Positions 41,534 to 54,263 of a stretch of 64,000 nt of DNA are shown here, piece after piece. The stretch lies in the NCBI RefSeq assembly GCF_009914755.1, contig NC_060931.1; one strand, given 5' to 3'. The position numbers and the translations under genes are program-made. Numbering within the stretch: the first letter of the stretch is position 1; each line of letters starts with the position of its first letter. Below the pieces are notes generated by a model that searched no databases, was not told where the DNA came from, and saw nothing but the letters and a program-made list of their open reading frames with translations. This DNA is from the human T2T-CHM13v2.0 reference genome, Homo sapiens.

Positions 41534-43798
41534 CTCATTGAACTCGCCTGCAGCTCTCGGGTTCCTGTGGCTTTCTTCTTTATCGGAGCCAGGGCTACAT
41601 GCCAGCAACCATGTCCAAGGGACCTGCAGTTGGTATTGATCTTAGCACCACCTACTCTTACGTGGGTGTTTTCCAGCACGGAAAAGTAGAGATAATTGCC
41701 AATGATCAGGGAAACTGAACCACTCCAAGCTATGTCGCCTTTATGGACACTAAACAGTTGATTGGTGATGCCGCAAAGCATCAAGTTGCAATGAACCCCA
41801 CCAACACAGTTTTTGATGCCAAACGTCTGATTGGACGCAGATTTGATGATGCTGTTGTCCAGTCTGATATGAAGCATTGGCCCTTCATGGTAGTGAATGA
41901 TGCTGACAGGCCCCAGGTCCAAGTAGAATACAAGGGAGAGACCAAAAGCTTCTATCCAGAGGAGGTATCCTCTATTGTTCTGACAAAGATGAAGGAAATT
42001 GCAGAAGCCTACCTTGGGAAGACTGTTACCAGTGCTGTGGTCACAGTGCCAGCTTACTTTAATGACTCTCAGTTTCAGGTTACCAAAGATGCTGGAACTA
42101 TTGCTGGTCTCAATGTACTTAGAATTATTAATGAGCCAACTGTTGCTGCTATTGTTTACAAAAGTTCAGACAAAAAGGTTGGAGCACAAAGAAACGTGCT
42201 TATCTTTGACCTGGGGGGTGGCACTTTCGGTGTGTCAATCCTCACTATTGAGGATGGAATCTTTGAGGTCAAGTCTACAGCCAGAGACAACCACTTGGGT
42301 GGAGAAGATTTTGACAACCGAATGGTCAACCATTTTATTGCTGAGCTCAAGCGCAAGCATAAGAAGGACATCAGTGAGAGCAAGAGAGCTGTAAGATGCC
42401 TCCGTACTGCTTGTGAACATGCTAAGCGTACTCTCTCTTCCAGCACCCAAGTCAGTATTGAGATCGATTCTCTCTATGTAGGAATTGACTTCTATACCTC
42501 CATTACCTGTGCCCAGTTTGAAGAATTGAATGCTGACCTGTTCTGTGGCACCCTGGACCCAGTAGAGAAAGCCCTTCGAGATGCCAAACCAGACAAGTCA
42601 CAAATTCATGATATTGTCCTGGTTGGTGGTTCTATTAGTATCCCCAAGATTCAGAAGCTTCTCCAAGACTTCTTCAATGGAAAAGAACTGAATAAGAGCA
42701 TCAGCCATGATGAAGCTGTTGCTTATGGCTGTCCAGGCAGCCATCCTGTCTGGAGACAAGTCTGAAAATGTTCAAGATTTGCTGCTCTTGGACGTCACTC
42801 CTCTTTCCCTTGGTATTGAAACTGCTAGTGGAGTCATGACCATCCTCATCAACTGTAATACCACCATTCCTACCAAGCAGACACAGACCTTCATTACCTA
42901 TTCTGACAACCAGCCTGGTGTGCTTATTCAGGTTTATGAAGGTGAGCGTGCCATGTCCAAGGATAACAACCTGCTTGGCAAGTTTGAATTCACGGGCATA
43001 CCTCCTGAACCCCAAGGTGTTCCTCAGATTGAAGTCACTTTTGACATTGATGCCAATGGTATCCTCAGTGTCTCTGCTGTGGACAAAAGTACAGGAAAAG
43101 AGAATAAAATTACTATCACTAATAATAAGGGCCATTTGAGCAAGGAAGACATTGAACGTATGGTCCAGGAAGCTGAGAATTAAAAAGCTGAAGATGAGAA
43201 GCAGAGGGACAAGGCGTCATCCAAGAATTCACTTGAGTCCTATGCATTCAACATGAAAGCAACTGTCGAAGATGAGAAACTTCAAGACAAGATTAATGAT
43301 GAGGACAAACAGAAGATTCTGGACAGGTGTAATGAAATTATCAACTGGCACAATAAGAATCGGACTGCCAAGAAGGAAGAATTTGAACATCAGCAGAAAG
43401 AGCTGGAGGAACTTTGCAACCCAATCATCACCAAGCTGTACCAGAGTGCAGAAGGCATGCCAGGAAGAATGCCTGGGGGATTCCCTGTTGGTGGAGCTCC
43501 TCCTTCTGGTGGTGCTTCCTTAGGGCCCACCATCGAAGAGGTTGATTAAGCCAACCCAAGTATAGATGTAGCATTGTTCCACACATTTAAAACATTTGAA
43601 GGACCTAAATTTGTAGCAAATTCTGTGGCAGTTTTAAAAAGTTAAGCTGCTATAGTAAGTTACTGGGCATTCTCAATACTTGAATATGGAACATATGCAC
43701 AGGGGAAGGAAATAACATTGCACTTTATAAACACTGTATTGTAAGTGGAAAATGCAATGTCTTAAATAAAACTATTTAAAATTGGCACCATAAAAAAA
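41534..43798 (+). pseudogene. Processed (retrotransposed) HSPA8/HSC70 pseudogene, full length from 5'UTR to poly(A) remnant; pseudogene number not determinable
   Basis: The 5'UTR 'ctcattgaactcgcctgcagctc...ccagcaaccATG' resembles HSPA8 mRNA. ATG at 41611 gives [11 protein letters not shown]..., and the ORF pieces encode Hsp70 motifs ([32 protein letters not shown]) ending [11 protein letters not shown] at 43547-43549. There are no introns. AATAAA at 43765-43770 is followed by a short A-tail. Disablements: TGA 41716-41718 (codon 36), ~5-bp deletion/frameshift near 42728, TAA 43181-43183. Confidence 0.97.
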
Positions 43799-44119
43799 GA
43801 AACCTTAAAAATGATTTCATTCGATTATCAATAACTTTGATTATACCAAAGTTATCAAAAACGATTCAACTTTCAAACTAAAATGATAAAATGAAGATTA
43901 CAATTGGACAAATTTTGGCTCAAAACTAAGCCCCTGATTTTCTGCCCTGTTACTTCAAACCTCCTCTGTCCCAAAGATTTTCCATATCCCTAAACACAGT
44001 CACAATGCATCCAAGTACTTACAGCTAGAAATCACTATGGATTTACCTGTTTCCCATAATCCACCAATACATGTTATCAGTTATCTAAAATAGACATGAA
44101 ATTATAATCTATCTCCCTT

Positions 44120-44432
44120 GTTTTTATTTGAGACAGAGTCTCACTCTGTAGCCCAGGCTGGAGTGGAGTGCTGTGATCATAGCTTACTGGAGCCTGGAAT
44201 TCCTGGGTTTAAGCGATCCTCCTGCCTCTGTCTCCCAAGTAGCTGAGACTACAGGTATGTGCCACCATGCTCACTATCTATCTATATGCTATTTATTTAT
44301 CGATTTATTTATTGTAGAGACAGGGTCTCACTATGTTGCCCATGCTGGTCTCCACCCCCTGGCTTCAAGCCATTCTCTCTCCTTGGCCTCCCAAAGTGCT
44401 GGGTTTATAAGCATGAGCCATTGTGCCCAGCC
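44120..44432 (-). mobile_element. AluJ (old)
   Basis: AluJ-type 'gatcatagcttactg..agcct..aattcctggg..taagcgatcctcctgcc' and 'gacagggtctcactatgttgccc'; diverged. Confidence 0.9.
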
Positions 44433-47400
44433 CCTATCAATTTTTAAATAGCTTCAAAATACTCTTTTCTATTTTTTCTGTTCTGACTTTTCTGTAGCTT
44501 GCTTTCCACATAGTGGCAGAAGTAATTCTTTAAAATGTTAATAAATCCTGCATGCATCTGATTAAAACCCTTCTAAGTTTCTTTAGTGTTAATTTGAAAA
44601 ATATTTTTAAAATTGACATAACATAATTTGATCTGAAATTATAGATTTCGCCAATCCTATTGACTTCTTCCTTACTCCTGTTAAGCATATTTTCTCATAT
44701 GTGCCAAACATTTCTCTCTTCCTCACATTTGGACATGCTGTTTTCTCTATCAAGAGTGTTCTTCACCCTTTTCTCTGCAGGACAAGTTCCTTTTCATTGT
44801 TCCTATCTCAGTTGAAATTTCTCCTTTGTTAGAAAGACCTTCACTTTCATCTCTATCTAAAATATGTTCTCAGAATCTAATCATCCCCATCCCATTCCAC
44901 CCCCTTTTTCTCCATCTCCGTATCCAGATATGTAGGTCATTAACTTATTGCTATCTGTCATTCTTTGAATTAATTGTTTACTGCTTCTATCTTAGCCCCT
45001 CTCCTCACTTTAACTCGTATATATAAATTAGCCTATGTTAAAATTGGTATCATTATACACTGTTTTGCTTACAGTTGCACTTTCTATGAATCTATTGACA
45101 GTAAGTAAATATTTACTGTATTGCATTGGGAGAAAGACCTTATGGTCTGCAACTGATTTTTTTTCAAAAACATTTTAGCTTGATTTTCAGCTTTAATCAT
45201 AACAGAGCAACTGAGATCATGACCTTCTTGCCATATACAAATGTAAAGCTGCACAAAACATATAAGGCAATTGTTTTTAGTTTTGGTACAACAGATAGCA
45301 CAGGATGTTGATCTTTGCAAAAGAGAAACAAGTGAGCCCAGTGACTACTCCATTCAGTTGAGAATATTTCCTAAATCATCATCCAAAGAGATAAAGCCCA
45401 AGCAGAGTATGGAAATTTCAGTGAAATGAAGAGGCAGAGAGTTGAGGATGAGACTACTTAGGCAGCTGACTATTGTAGGGCATGGTGCCAGAGATAAGAA
45501 AATTATGCAGAGAAGCAGTTCTAAAATTCTTCTTAGGGATCTCTATAAGTCTTTTGTTAAATATTAGGTTTTGCATGCATACAGCAAGAATCCACAAGGC
45601 CTGGCAGAAAATAATTTGAGGTCTGTAAGCTAAACATATATTTAAGAGGCTGAGCAACGTTAAGATACATAGGAGCTCTTACAAGCCAGAGTTGAGAGAC
45701 CTCACCTAGTATCCTGGATAGTCTATTGAAAGCCACACAGGTTATACCTTAGAAGTAAAAACTACTCCAGACCCATCCTAACAAAGTTGAAAAACAAGAG
45801 TGAAAAGTTAAAGCTGATGTACCAGTAATTAACTGTCATGATAAAATTTAACACTTTTTAAATTAAGATTACAAAACTCAGATTCTCAACAATGTAGCAA
45901 CCACAATGTTCAGCAATAACAAAAAGTTACTACACATGTAGAGAGGGAAGAAAATTATTGATTATATCACCAGCAAAATTACATTACAGGTAAAATTGAT
46001 GGAAGGTTTTTGGCTAAAAAAAAAACAGAGAAGTTAATGCATAAATAGGGAAGAATATATAGAAAATACTTTTTTATTAAAAGTTAATTGACTAAGCAAA
46101 GTAAAAACAAAATGTTACATTATTTATATCATATGTAGAAGTAAAATGTATAAAAACAATGAAACCATACTGTCACATATTTATGGTAGACTAAAATAAA
46201 TTAAGAATACATATAATAGTGCTAAAAGCAGCTACTGAGATGATACAATAAAGGAATTTAGCATATTTAGCCAATAAAGTAAATAGATACAATTGAGTAT
46301 TTTTAAAATACTCAGCTAATACAAAACAAGGCAGTATAAGAGGAGGAAAGAGAACAAAACCAAAATTGAAGAACTAGAAATGAAATAGCAAGTTAAACCT
46401 AGCCAGATTAACAATTACATTAAACATAAATGGACTAAACATACTAATTAAAAGACAGAGATTGTCAGACTAGATAAAATAAAATAACATTATTTGCATA
46501 CTGTTTACAAGAGATACATATAAGTATAAAAGCACAAATAGTAAAAATGAAATAATGGACAAAATATAACATGCAAACACTTAAATCAAGTCTTGAGTGC
46601 CTATGTTAGTATCAGACAAAGACTTCAAGATAAGAAATATTACCAAAGATAATGAGGGACATTTTATAGTAATAAAAGGTCATTTTATTAAGAAGACATA
46701 AATATGCTTGCACCAAATGACAGATTTTCAAAATACATAAAAGAGAAGCTGACTGATCCTAAGAAAATATATAAAATTCCCAAAAATTGCAGGAAATTTT
46801 AACTTTTCTATTGATAATTCTCTCAATATTAACTGATTTAGGAGTAGAAAGAAAATAAGCAAGGATAGAGAAAATGTAAACACTATCAACCAATATAACC
46901 AAATTGATACATATAGATATATAGCTATGGTAAATTATACTTAAAAACTACAATCTCCATGGAATTCTTTTCAAGTGCACATGGAATGTTTACCAGGAAA
47001 AACTAGATGCCAGGCCATTAAAAAGTCTAAATTCATTTTAACGATCTGAGATCATAAAGAATATATTCCTTAAAACAGGAACAAATTAAAAATCAACAAC
47101 AAAGTAAAACTTGAGCAATCCCCAATTTAATAGAAATATGTGAGAAATTCCCAAATAGTTTTAAGTTAAAGAGCACACTTAAAAATAATCCATGAATCAA
47201 AGAATTAATTATGGCAAAATTAGAAAATATTTTGAACTAAATAATAATAACACCATATATCAAAATTTGTGGGATATAATTACAGGAAAATTTATAGCTT
47301 TTGATGCATATATTAGCAAGGAAGAAGGATTTAAAATAAGGGACCAAAAAACATTTATCTTAAGAATGTAGAAAAGTAGAGTAAATTGATCTCAAAGTAA

Positions 47401-48381
47401 GTAGAAGAAAAGAAGTATAGGAGATAGTATTGGAAATCAATAAAATTTTAAAACAGTTCAGAAAAAAATTAATAAAATCTAAAGTTGGTGTTCTGACAGC
47501 CACAATATAATTAATATGCACCTAGATAGACTTATCAAGAAAAAAAATAGGAAAAAAAATACAGACTGCTCATGTCAACAATGGAAGAAAGAGAGACAGG
47601 ACAAAGCTACAGATACAGGAGACCTCAAAGGAAATATAAGAGAATATTATAAACAACTTTATGCCAATACATTTTAGAATTTTAATGAAGTGGACAAATT
47701 CCTTATAAGACACTAATTTATCAATACTTAGGCAAAATAAATGGAAAATCTGAATAGCCCTATATAGTTCTATATCTGTTAAAAATTTTAATTTGTAGTT
47801 AAAATATACTTCTCATAAAGAAAATTCAGTCAAATAAATGACTACACTGTTAAATTCTAGCAAAACTTAAGGAAAATATCCTGCTAATATTGTGCAAAAT
47901 GTTTCGTGATATAAAGGAGATGGGGACATTTCCCAAATCATTTTATGAAGTAACCTAACCCATACCTAAGCCAGGAAAAGCACAAGGCAAGAAAATAAAT
48001 ACTCCTTATGAACATAGCCAAAAACCCTTAACAAAATATTAGCAAATTGAATCCAGCAATAAACCAAAAGAATCATGATTGCCTAGATTGTATCCCAATA
48101 TGCAAAATTAGGCAATCATTTTGAAAATTAATTTAATCTAGTGTTTCACATTAAAAAGGCAAAATTATATGTTCATCATATAATCAAAAAATATTTAATA
48201 TAATTCAATTCTTATTTATGACAGCTTCAGCAACCAAGGAATAGAATACTTCCTTAAACTGATACACAGCATTTATTTAGAAAGCTACAAATATTACACT
48301 TATTGGTGAGAAACTGAATGTTTCTTCTTTAAAATTGGAACCAAGTCAAGAATATTTGACTGACTCTACTTCAGTCAAAAT

Positions 48382-49455
48382 TATCGGGGGAACCCGCCCC
48401 TGATAATTCACGTAGGTTCTTTTCTATTTTCCCTAAGTGTCAGCCAGTCTGAGAAATAAAGGGAAAGGGTAAAAAAGAGAGAAATTTTAAAGCTGGATGT
48501 CCGGGGGAGACATCACATGTCGGCAGGTTCTGTGATGCCCCCAAAGCCGCAAAACCAGCAACTTTTTATTAGTGATTTTCAAAAGGGGAGGGAGTGTACG
48601 AATAGGGTGTGGGTCACAGAGATCACATGCTTTTCAAGGTAATAAGACATTACAAGGCAAATGGAGGCAGAGTGAGATCACAGGACCAGGGCGAAATTAA
48701 AATTGCTAATGAAGTTTCAGGCATGCATTGTCACTGATAACATCTTATCAGGAGACAGGGTTTGAGAGCAGACAACTGGTCTGACCAAAATTTATTAGGT
48801 GGGAATTTCCTTGTCCTAATAAGCCTGGGAGCGCTATGGGAGACTGGGGCTTATTTCATCCCTTATCCACAACCATTAAAGACAGACGTCCCCAGAGCAG
48901 CCATTTTAGAGGCCTACCACTAGGCACGCATTCTCTTTCTCAGGGCTTTTCCTTGCTGAGAAAAAGAATTCAGCGTTATTTCTCCTATTTGCTTTTGAAA
49001 GAAGAGAAATATGGCTCTGTTCCGCCCAGCCCACAGGCAGCCAGACTTTAAGGTTATCTCTCTTGTTCCCTGAACATCGCTGTTATCCTGTTCTTAAGGT
49101 GCCCAGATTTGATATTGTTCAAACACACATGCTCTACAAACAATTTGTGCAGTTAACACAATCATCACAGGGTCTTGAGGTGACATACATCCTCCTTACC
49201 TGCGAAGATGATGGGATTAAGAGATTAAAGTAAAGACAGGCATAGGAAATCACAAGAATATTGACTGGGGAAGTGATAAATGTCCATGAAATCTTCACAA
49301 TTTATGTTCAGAGACTGCAGTAAAGACAGGCGCAAGAAATTATAAAAGTATTAATTTGGGGAGCTAATAAATGTCCATGAAATCTTCACAATTTATGTTC
49401 TTCTGCCACAGTTTCAGCCAGTCCCTCCGTTCAGAGTACGTGACTTCCCGCAACA
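48382..49455 (-). mobile_element. MER11 (probably MER11C) solo LTR of an ERVK/HML-8-type provirus
   Basis: The reverse complement begins TGTTGCGGGAAGTCA...GAACGGAGGGAC, contains the repeated 'aacataaattgtgaagatttcatggacattta' and ends ...CCCCCGATA. Length 1074 bp. Perfect 6-bp TSD CAAAAT at 48376-48381 and 49456-49461. Confidence 0.92.
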
Positions 49456-49896
49456 CAAAATTGTACTGGAGGTCCAAGCCAATGTGAATAGAAAGAAAAC
49501 AAAGTAAAATCATCTGGAGGCACAAGGAAAATATAAAACTGTCTTTATTCACAGATAACATGATAATGTACATGGAATACTAAGAAATCTTAAAAATTAA
49601 GAAAACTACTAGAACTAATGAGTAAATTTAACAAGATTGTATAATAAAAGGTCAATAAACAAAAATAAGTCATGTTTCTATGTATGAGAAAAATAGATAA
49701 ACTAAAAATCAGAATAATCAAAATCTAATAATAATAAATTTAATTAAAATTAGTAAAAGTACTAACCTGACAGCAACAAAACATTGCTGAGAAAAATTAA
49801 ACACCTTAGTTAAATGATGTGCCATGTATCTAAAACAGAAAACTCAATATTATTAAGATATCAATTACCAAATTGACATATAGGTTCAATGCTGTC

Positions 49897-50043
49897 TATT
49901 AAGTCTTTAATTCATTTTGAGTTAATTTTTGTATATAGTGTGAGATAAGGGTCCACTTCCATTCCTTTGCATATGGATTTCCAGGTTTTCCAACACCATT
50001 TATTGACAATATTGTCCTTTTTCCATTGTGTGTTCTTGGCAGC
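49897..50043 (-). mobile_element. Short antisense L1 ORF2 fragment embedded in the sense old L1
   Basis: 'aagtctttaattcattttgagttaatttttgtatatagtgtgagataagggtcc...caacaccatttattga' is antisense L1; ORF 49899-50132(-) includes THNGKRTILSINGVGK. Confidence 0.8.
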
Positions 50044-50714
50044 TTTTTTGTAGAAACTGACAAGTTGATTTTAAAGTTTATATGGTAATGCAGAAGATTC
50101 ACAATAGCCAAACTTATCTTGAGAAAGAACAAAATTAAAAGATTTACAATACCTGACTTTAAGGCTTACGATAAGCTACAGCAGTTTTAGCAGTACAATA
50201 TTAATATAAGAATAAGTGAAGAGCTCAGGAGAACAAAAATAAGCAAATGCTTATATGGCCTTTTCAACAAATATACCAAAGTAGCTTAACAGAGAAAGAA
50301 AAATCTTTTCAACAAATAGAAATCTTAATATATAAACTGGAAAAAAAAGCTAGACCTATATCTCATAAACCCTGCACAAAAATTATTTCATATGGGCTAT
50401 CAAACTAAATGTGAAAGCTAAAAGTATAATGCTCCTAAATCACACACACACAAACACACACACACAGAGAGAGAGAGAATATCTTCACAACCTCTTAGAT
50501 GATATAAAGAAAAGTAATAAGAATAAAGGAAAACATTTGTAAACTATATTTCATGAAATTCAAAAGTTTATCAAAAACACCATTTAAAAACTAAATTTTT
50601 AAGCCATAGGTTGGATGAATATATTTGTGATACACACATTTGACAAGGGATTTGTATCTAGAATGTATAAAGACTTTATATAACTCGAGAATAAATAGAC
50701 AATTTGAATGAATG

Positions 50715-53295
50715 TTCATACGACCAGAAGCAATCTACAGGTTCAATGCAATTCGTATTAAAATTTGAATGTCATTTTTCACAGAAATAAAAAAAAAAAA
50801 TCTAAAATTCATATGGAACCACCAAAAAAACCCAAACAGGTAAGTAAAAAAGAACAAAGCTGGGGACATCACACTAACTGTCTTCAACATAAACATACTA
50901 TCATAAACAGATAGTAATTAAAACAGCATGGTGGTGGCATAAAAATAGACCCATTGACCAATGGAACAGAGTCGAGAGTCCAAAGATGAGCCCATGCTTG
51001 CCTAGTCAATTGATTTTTGCCAAAGTGCCAAGAAAACACAATGAAAAAAGGACAGTTTCTTCAGTAAATGTTGTTTGAAAACTGAATATCCACATGCAGA
51101 AGAATTAAATTGGACTCTTATCTCACACCATATACAAAAATCAACTCAAAATGGATTAGACTTAAACGTAAGACCTGAAACTGTGAGACTACTAAAAGAA
51201 CATAAGGAAAAACAAATAAGTTATGACTTTCTTAGATTTGACCCCCAAAGCGCAGACAAAAAAAAAAAAAGTAAAAATAGACAAATGGGATTACATAAAA
51301 ATAAAATCTCAAATAAAAAGTTTCTGCACAACAGGGAAAACAACAGAGTGAAGAGACAGCCTATGGATTGGGAGAAAATATTTGCAAGCCAGATGTTTGT
51401 TGAGGGGTTAATATTCAAAATATATTTAAAAACTCAAATTACTCTGTAGAAAGAAAATAATTATTCTAATTTAAAAATGAGAAAAGGATATGAATAGACT
51501 TTTCAAAAGAAGATATGGCCAACAGATATATGAAAAAATGTTCAAAATTGTTAATCATTAGGGAAATGCAAATGAAAAGCACAGTAAGATATCACCTCAC
51601 ACCCGTCAGAATGGCTGTTATCAAAAAGACAGATAAGTATAAGTGAGGACATGGAGAAAAGTGAACCCTTTTACACTGTTGGGAACATAAATTAGCACAG
51701 TCGTGCACTGCATGCCGACGTTTCAGTCAACTACAGAGAGCATATGTGGTAAGGTTCCTGTATGATTATAATGAAGCTGAAAAATTCCAATCGCCTAGTG
51801 ACATCTTAATAATCCTAACCATGTGGAGGATTAACCTAATGTGTGTGTGTTTATGTCTTAGTTTTTAACAAAAACATTTAGAAAGTAAATTTTTAAAAAT
51901 ACAATAAATTTAAAATAGATAAAAGCTTGCAGAATAAGATTATGAAGATAGAAATATTTTTGTACAGCTGTACGATTTGTGTTTTGAACCATGTCATTAC
52001 AAAGCAGTCAAAAGGATGATCAAAATTAAAAGTTTATACAGTAAAAATTTATAGCAAGCTGTTAAGGTATTATTGAAGAAAGAAAATTTTAATATAAATT
52101 TAGATTTGCATAAGTGAGTGTGTATAAAGTGTACAGCAGTGGACAGTAATGTTCTAAACCTTCACACTCTCTCATCACTCACTGACATCCAGAGCAACTT
52201 TCAGTCCTGCAAACTAAATTTATGGTAAGTGCCCTATGTAGATGTATCCTGTTTTTTATCTTATATACCATATGTTTACTGTATCATTGCTGTTTAGATT
52301 ATTTAGATACACAAACACTTTCCACTGTGTTACAATTGTCCACAGTATTCAGTACAGTAATATTCTGTATTGGTTTATAGCTAGGAACAATAGGCTGTAC
52401 CACATAGCCAAGTGTGAAGTCGGCTGTACTATCGAGGTTTTTGTAAGTACACTCTGTGATGTCTACACAATGACAGAATCATCTACCAATACATTTGTCA
52501 TAACATATCCCCATCACTAAACAATGTAGACTGGACAGCCATTATGGAAAATTATAAGGAAGCTCCACAAAAACACTAAAAATAGAATGACCATATAATC
52601 TAGCACTTTCATTTCTGAGTATTTATGCAAAAGACTTAAAATTAGTATGTTGAAGAGATATTTGCACACCCATATTTATTGCAGCACTATTTACAACAGC
52701 TAAGTTGTGGGATCAACCTAAGTATTCATCAACAAATGAATGGAAAAAGAAAATGTCATATATATACATGCAATGGAATACCATTTAGCCTTAGAAAAGA
52801 AAAAAATTTTGTCATTTGTGACAATACGGTTAGAATTGGAGAACATTATGCGAAGTGACATAGGCCAGGCACGGAAATACAAACACTATACTGCATGTTC
52901 TCACTTACATGTAGAATCTGAAACAATTGAACTCAAAGAAGCAGAGCAAATTTTTTGTTATCAGAGACTACGGAGTGAGGGGGATGAGAGGGATAAGGAG
53001 ATGACGGTGAAAGGGTAGAAAAACTTCATTAGACAGAAAAATAAGTATTTTTTTTTACTTTGAGATATATTACACAGCGTGATATCATAACTAATAATAT
53101 ATTCCACATTTCAAAATTGCTGAGAGTAAATTTCAAATATTATCACCACAAAAAAGATAAATATTTTAAGTGAATGTGTTAATTAGCTTGATTTAATTTT
53201 TCTACATTGTATTCATAAATTATGACATTGCTTTGTACCCTGTAAATATACACAACTATAATTTGACAATTTCCAATTAAAAAACTAAAATTTAA
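50715..53295 (+). mobile_element. 5'-truncated L1MA inserted in the older L1, itself split by Tigger3
   Basis: ORF2 end (NRVKRQPMDWEKIFASQMF in ORF 51075-51449) and an L1MA-type 3'UTR ending in an A-rich tail at ~53280. Confidence 0.8.
51698..52533 (+). mobile_element. Tigger3 (Golem) non-autonomous DNA transposon
   Basis: Termini CAGTC…GACTG; internal 'gacgtttcagtcaac', 'gagcaacttt.cagtcctgcaa', 'tttatagctaggaacaataggctgtaccacatagcc'. Inserted at the TA of the L1 motif 'aattagtacagccattatgg'. Confidence 0.85.
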
Positions 53296-54035
53296 AACAA
53301 ATAATACCTATTGCAAGTAAATAAAACCTAGTAAATATTTTAGTAATAATAAAGAAAATGAGTAAAAGACATGACCAGACACTTCACAAAATAATATGTA
53401 CAAACAGCCAATGAACACATTAAAATGTGTTCAGCATCATCAGATATCAATAAAATATAAATAGAAACTCTCATAAGGTACCACTACACATTCACCAGAA
53501 TTAGTAAAATTAAATACTGACACTACCATCACATTTTAGAAAAAATGTGGAGCTTTCATGTATTGTTGATAAAAGTGTAAAATGGTAAAGCCACTTTGTA
53601 AAATGACTTAGAAATTTCTCATAAAGTTACACATCTACTTATCCTATAATGCAGCAATTCCATTCCTGGGTATTTACTGAAATAATGAAAACATATGTCC
53701 ACAAAATCATTTTATACAAGAATGCTCACAGTAGGGTTATTTATGATAGTAAAAATGGTGAAGCAATGCAAATATCAATTGACAAAGAATAATATACTCA
53801 TATAATGGAACACTATTCAGCAATAAAAAGAAACTAATTAGTGATATAAGGAACAACATTAATGAGTCTCAAAACATGCTTAGTGAAACAAAGCCTCATC
53901 TTTGCACTTAAAATCCATCAGAAACTTCCAGTTGCCTTTAGGATAAAGTGAAAAATGCTAGCAGGCAAGGACCATAATCAGGTTCAAGTTGTATCTGCCA
54001 GTACTTCTCTCAGCACTCTTGTGTTTTAGTCATTA

Positions 54036-54263
54036 TAGGGATTTGGAAACTTTTCTGTAAAGACACAGATAATAAATAAATACTTTAAACTTTGCAGACC
54101 AATGATCTCTGTCTCACATACTTAACTCTCCTGTTGAAATGTACAAGAAACCACAGAAAATATATCAAGGAATGAGTTTGGCTGTTTTTCAATAAAACTT
54201 ATTTACAAAAGAAGGCAAATGACAGAATTTGGCCTACAACCTGTGTGTAGTTCATGACTCCTG
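54036..54263. mobile_element. MER58A (hAT-Charlie)
   Basis: 'ggaaacttttctgtaaag..cagat..taaata', 'ggctgtttttcaataaaacttatttacaaaa', 'gaatttggcc'. Confidence 0.8.

Noticed and set aside
41530-43135. Antisense ORFs over the HSPA8 copy (130 aa, 144 aa and others)
   Set aside because: These are shadow frames of Hsp70 coding sequence with no independent evidence.
41611-43549. Functional Hsp70 gene
   Set aside because: Two in-frame stops, a frameshift, no introns (parental HSPA8 has introns), a poly(A) remnant and no CpG promoter.
41491-43855. 10-bp inverted repeat (ATCAAAGTTA/TAACTTTGAT) flanking the pseudogene, suggesting transposon TIRs
   Set aside because: Short, AT-rich and outside the TSD; the retrocopy hallmarks already explain the insertion.
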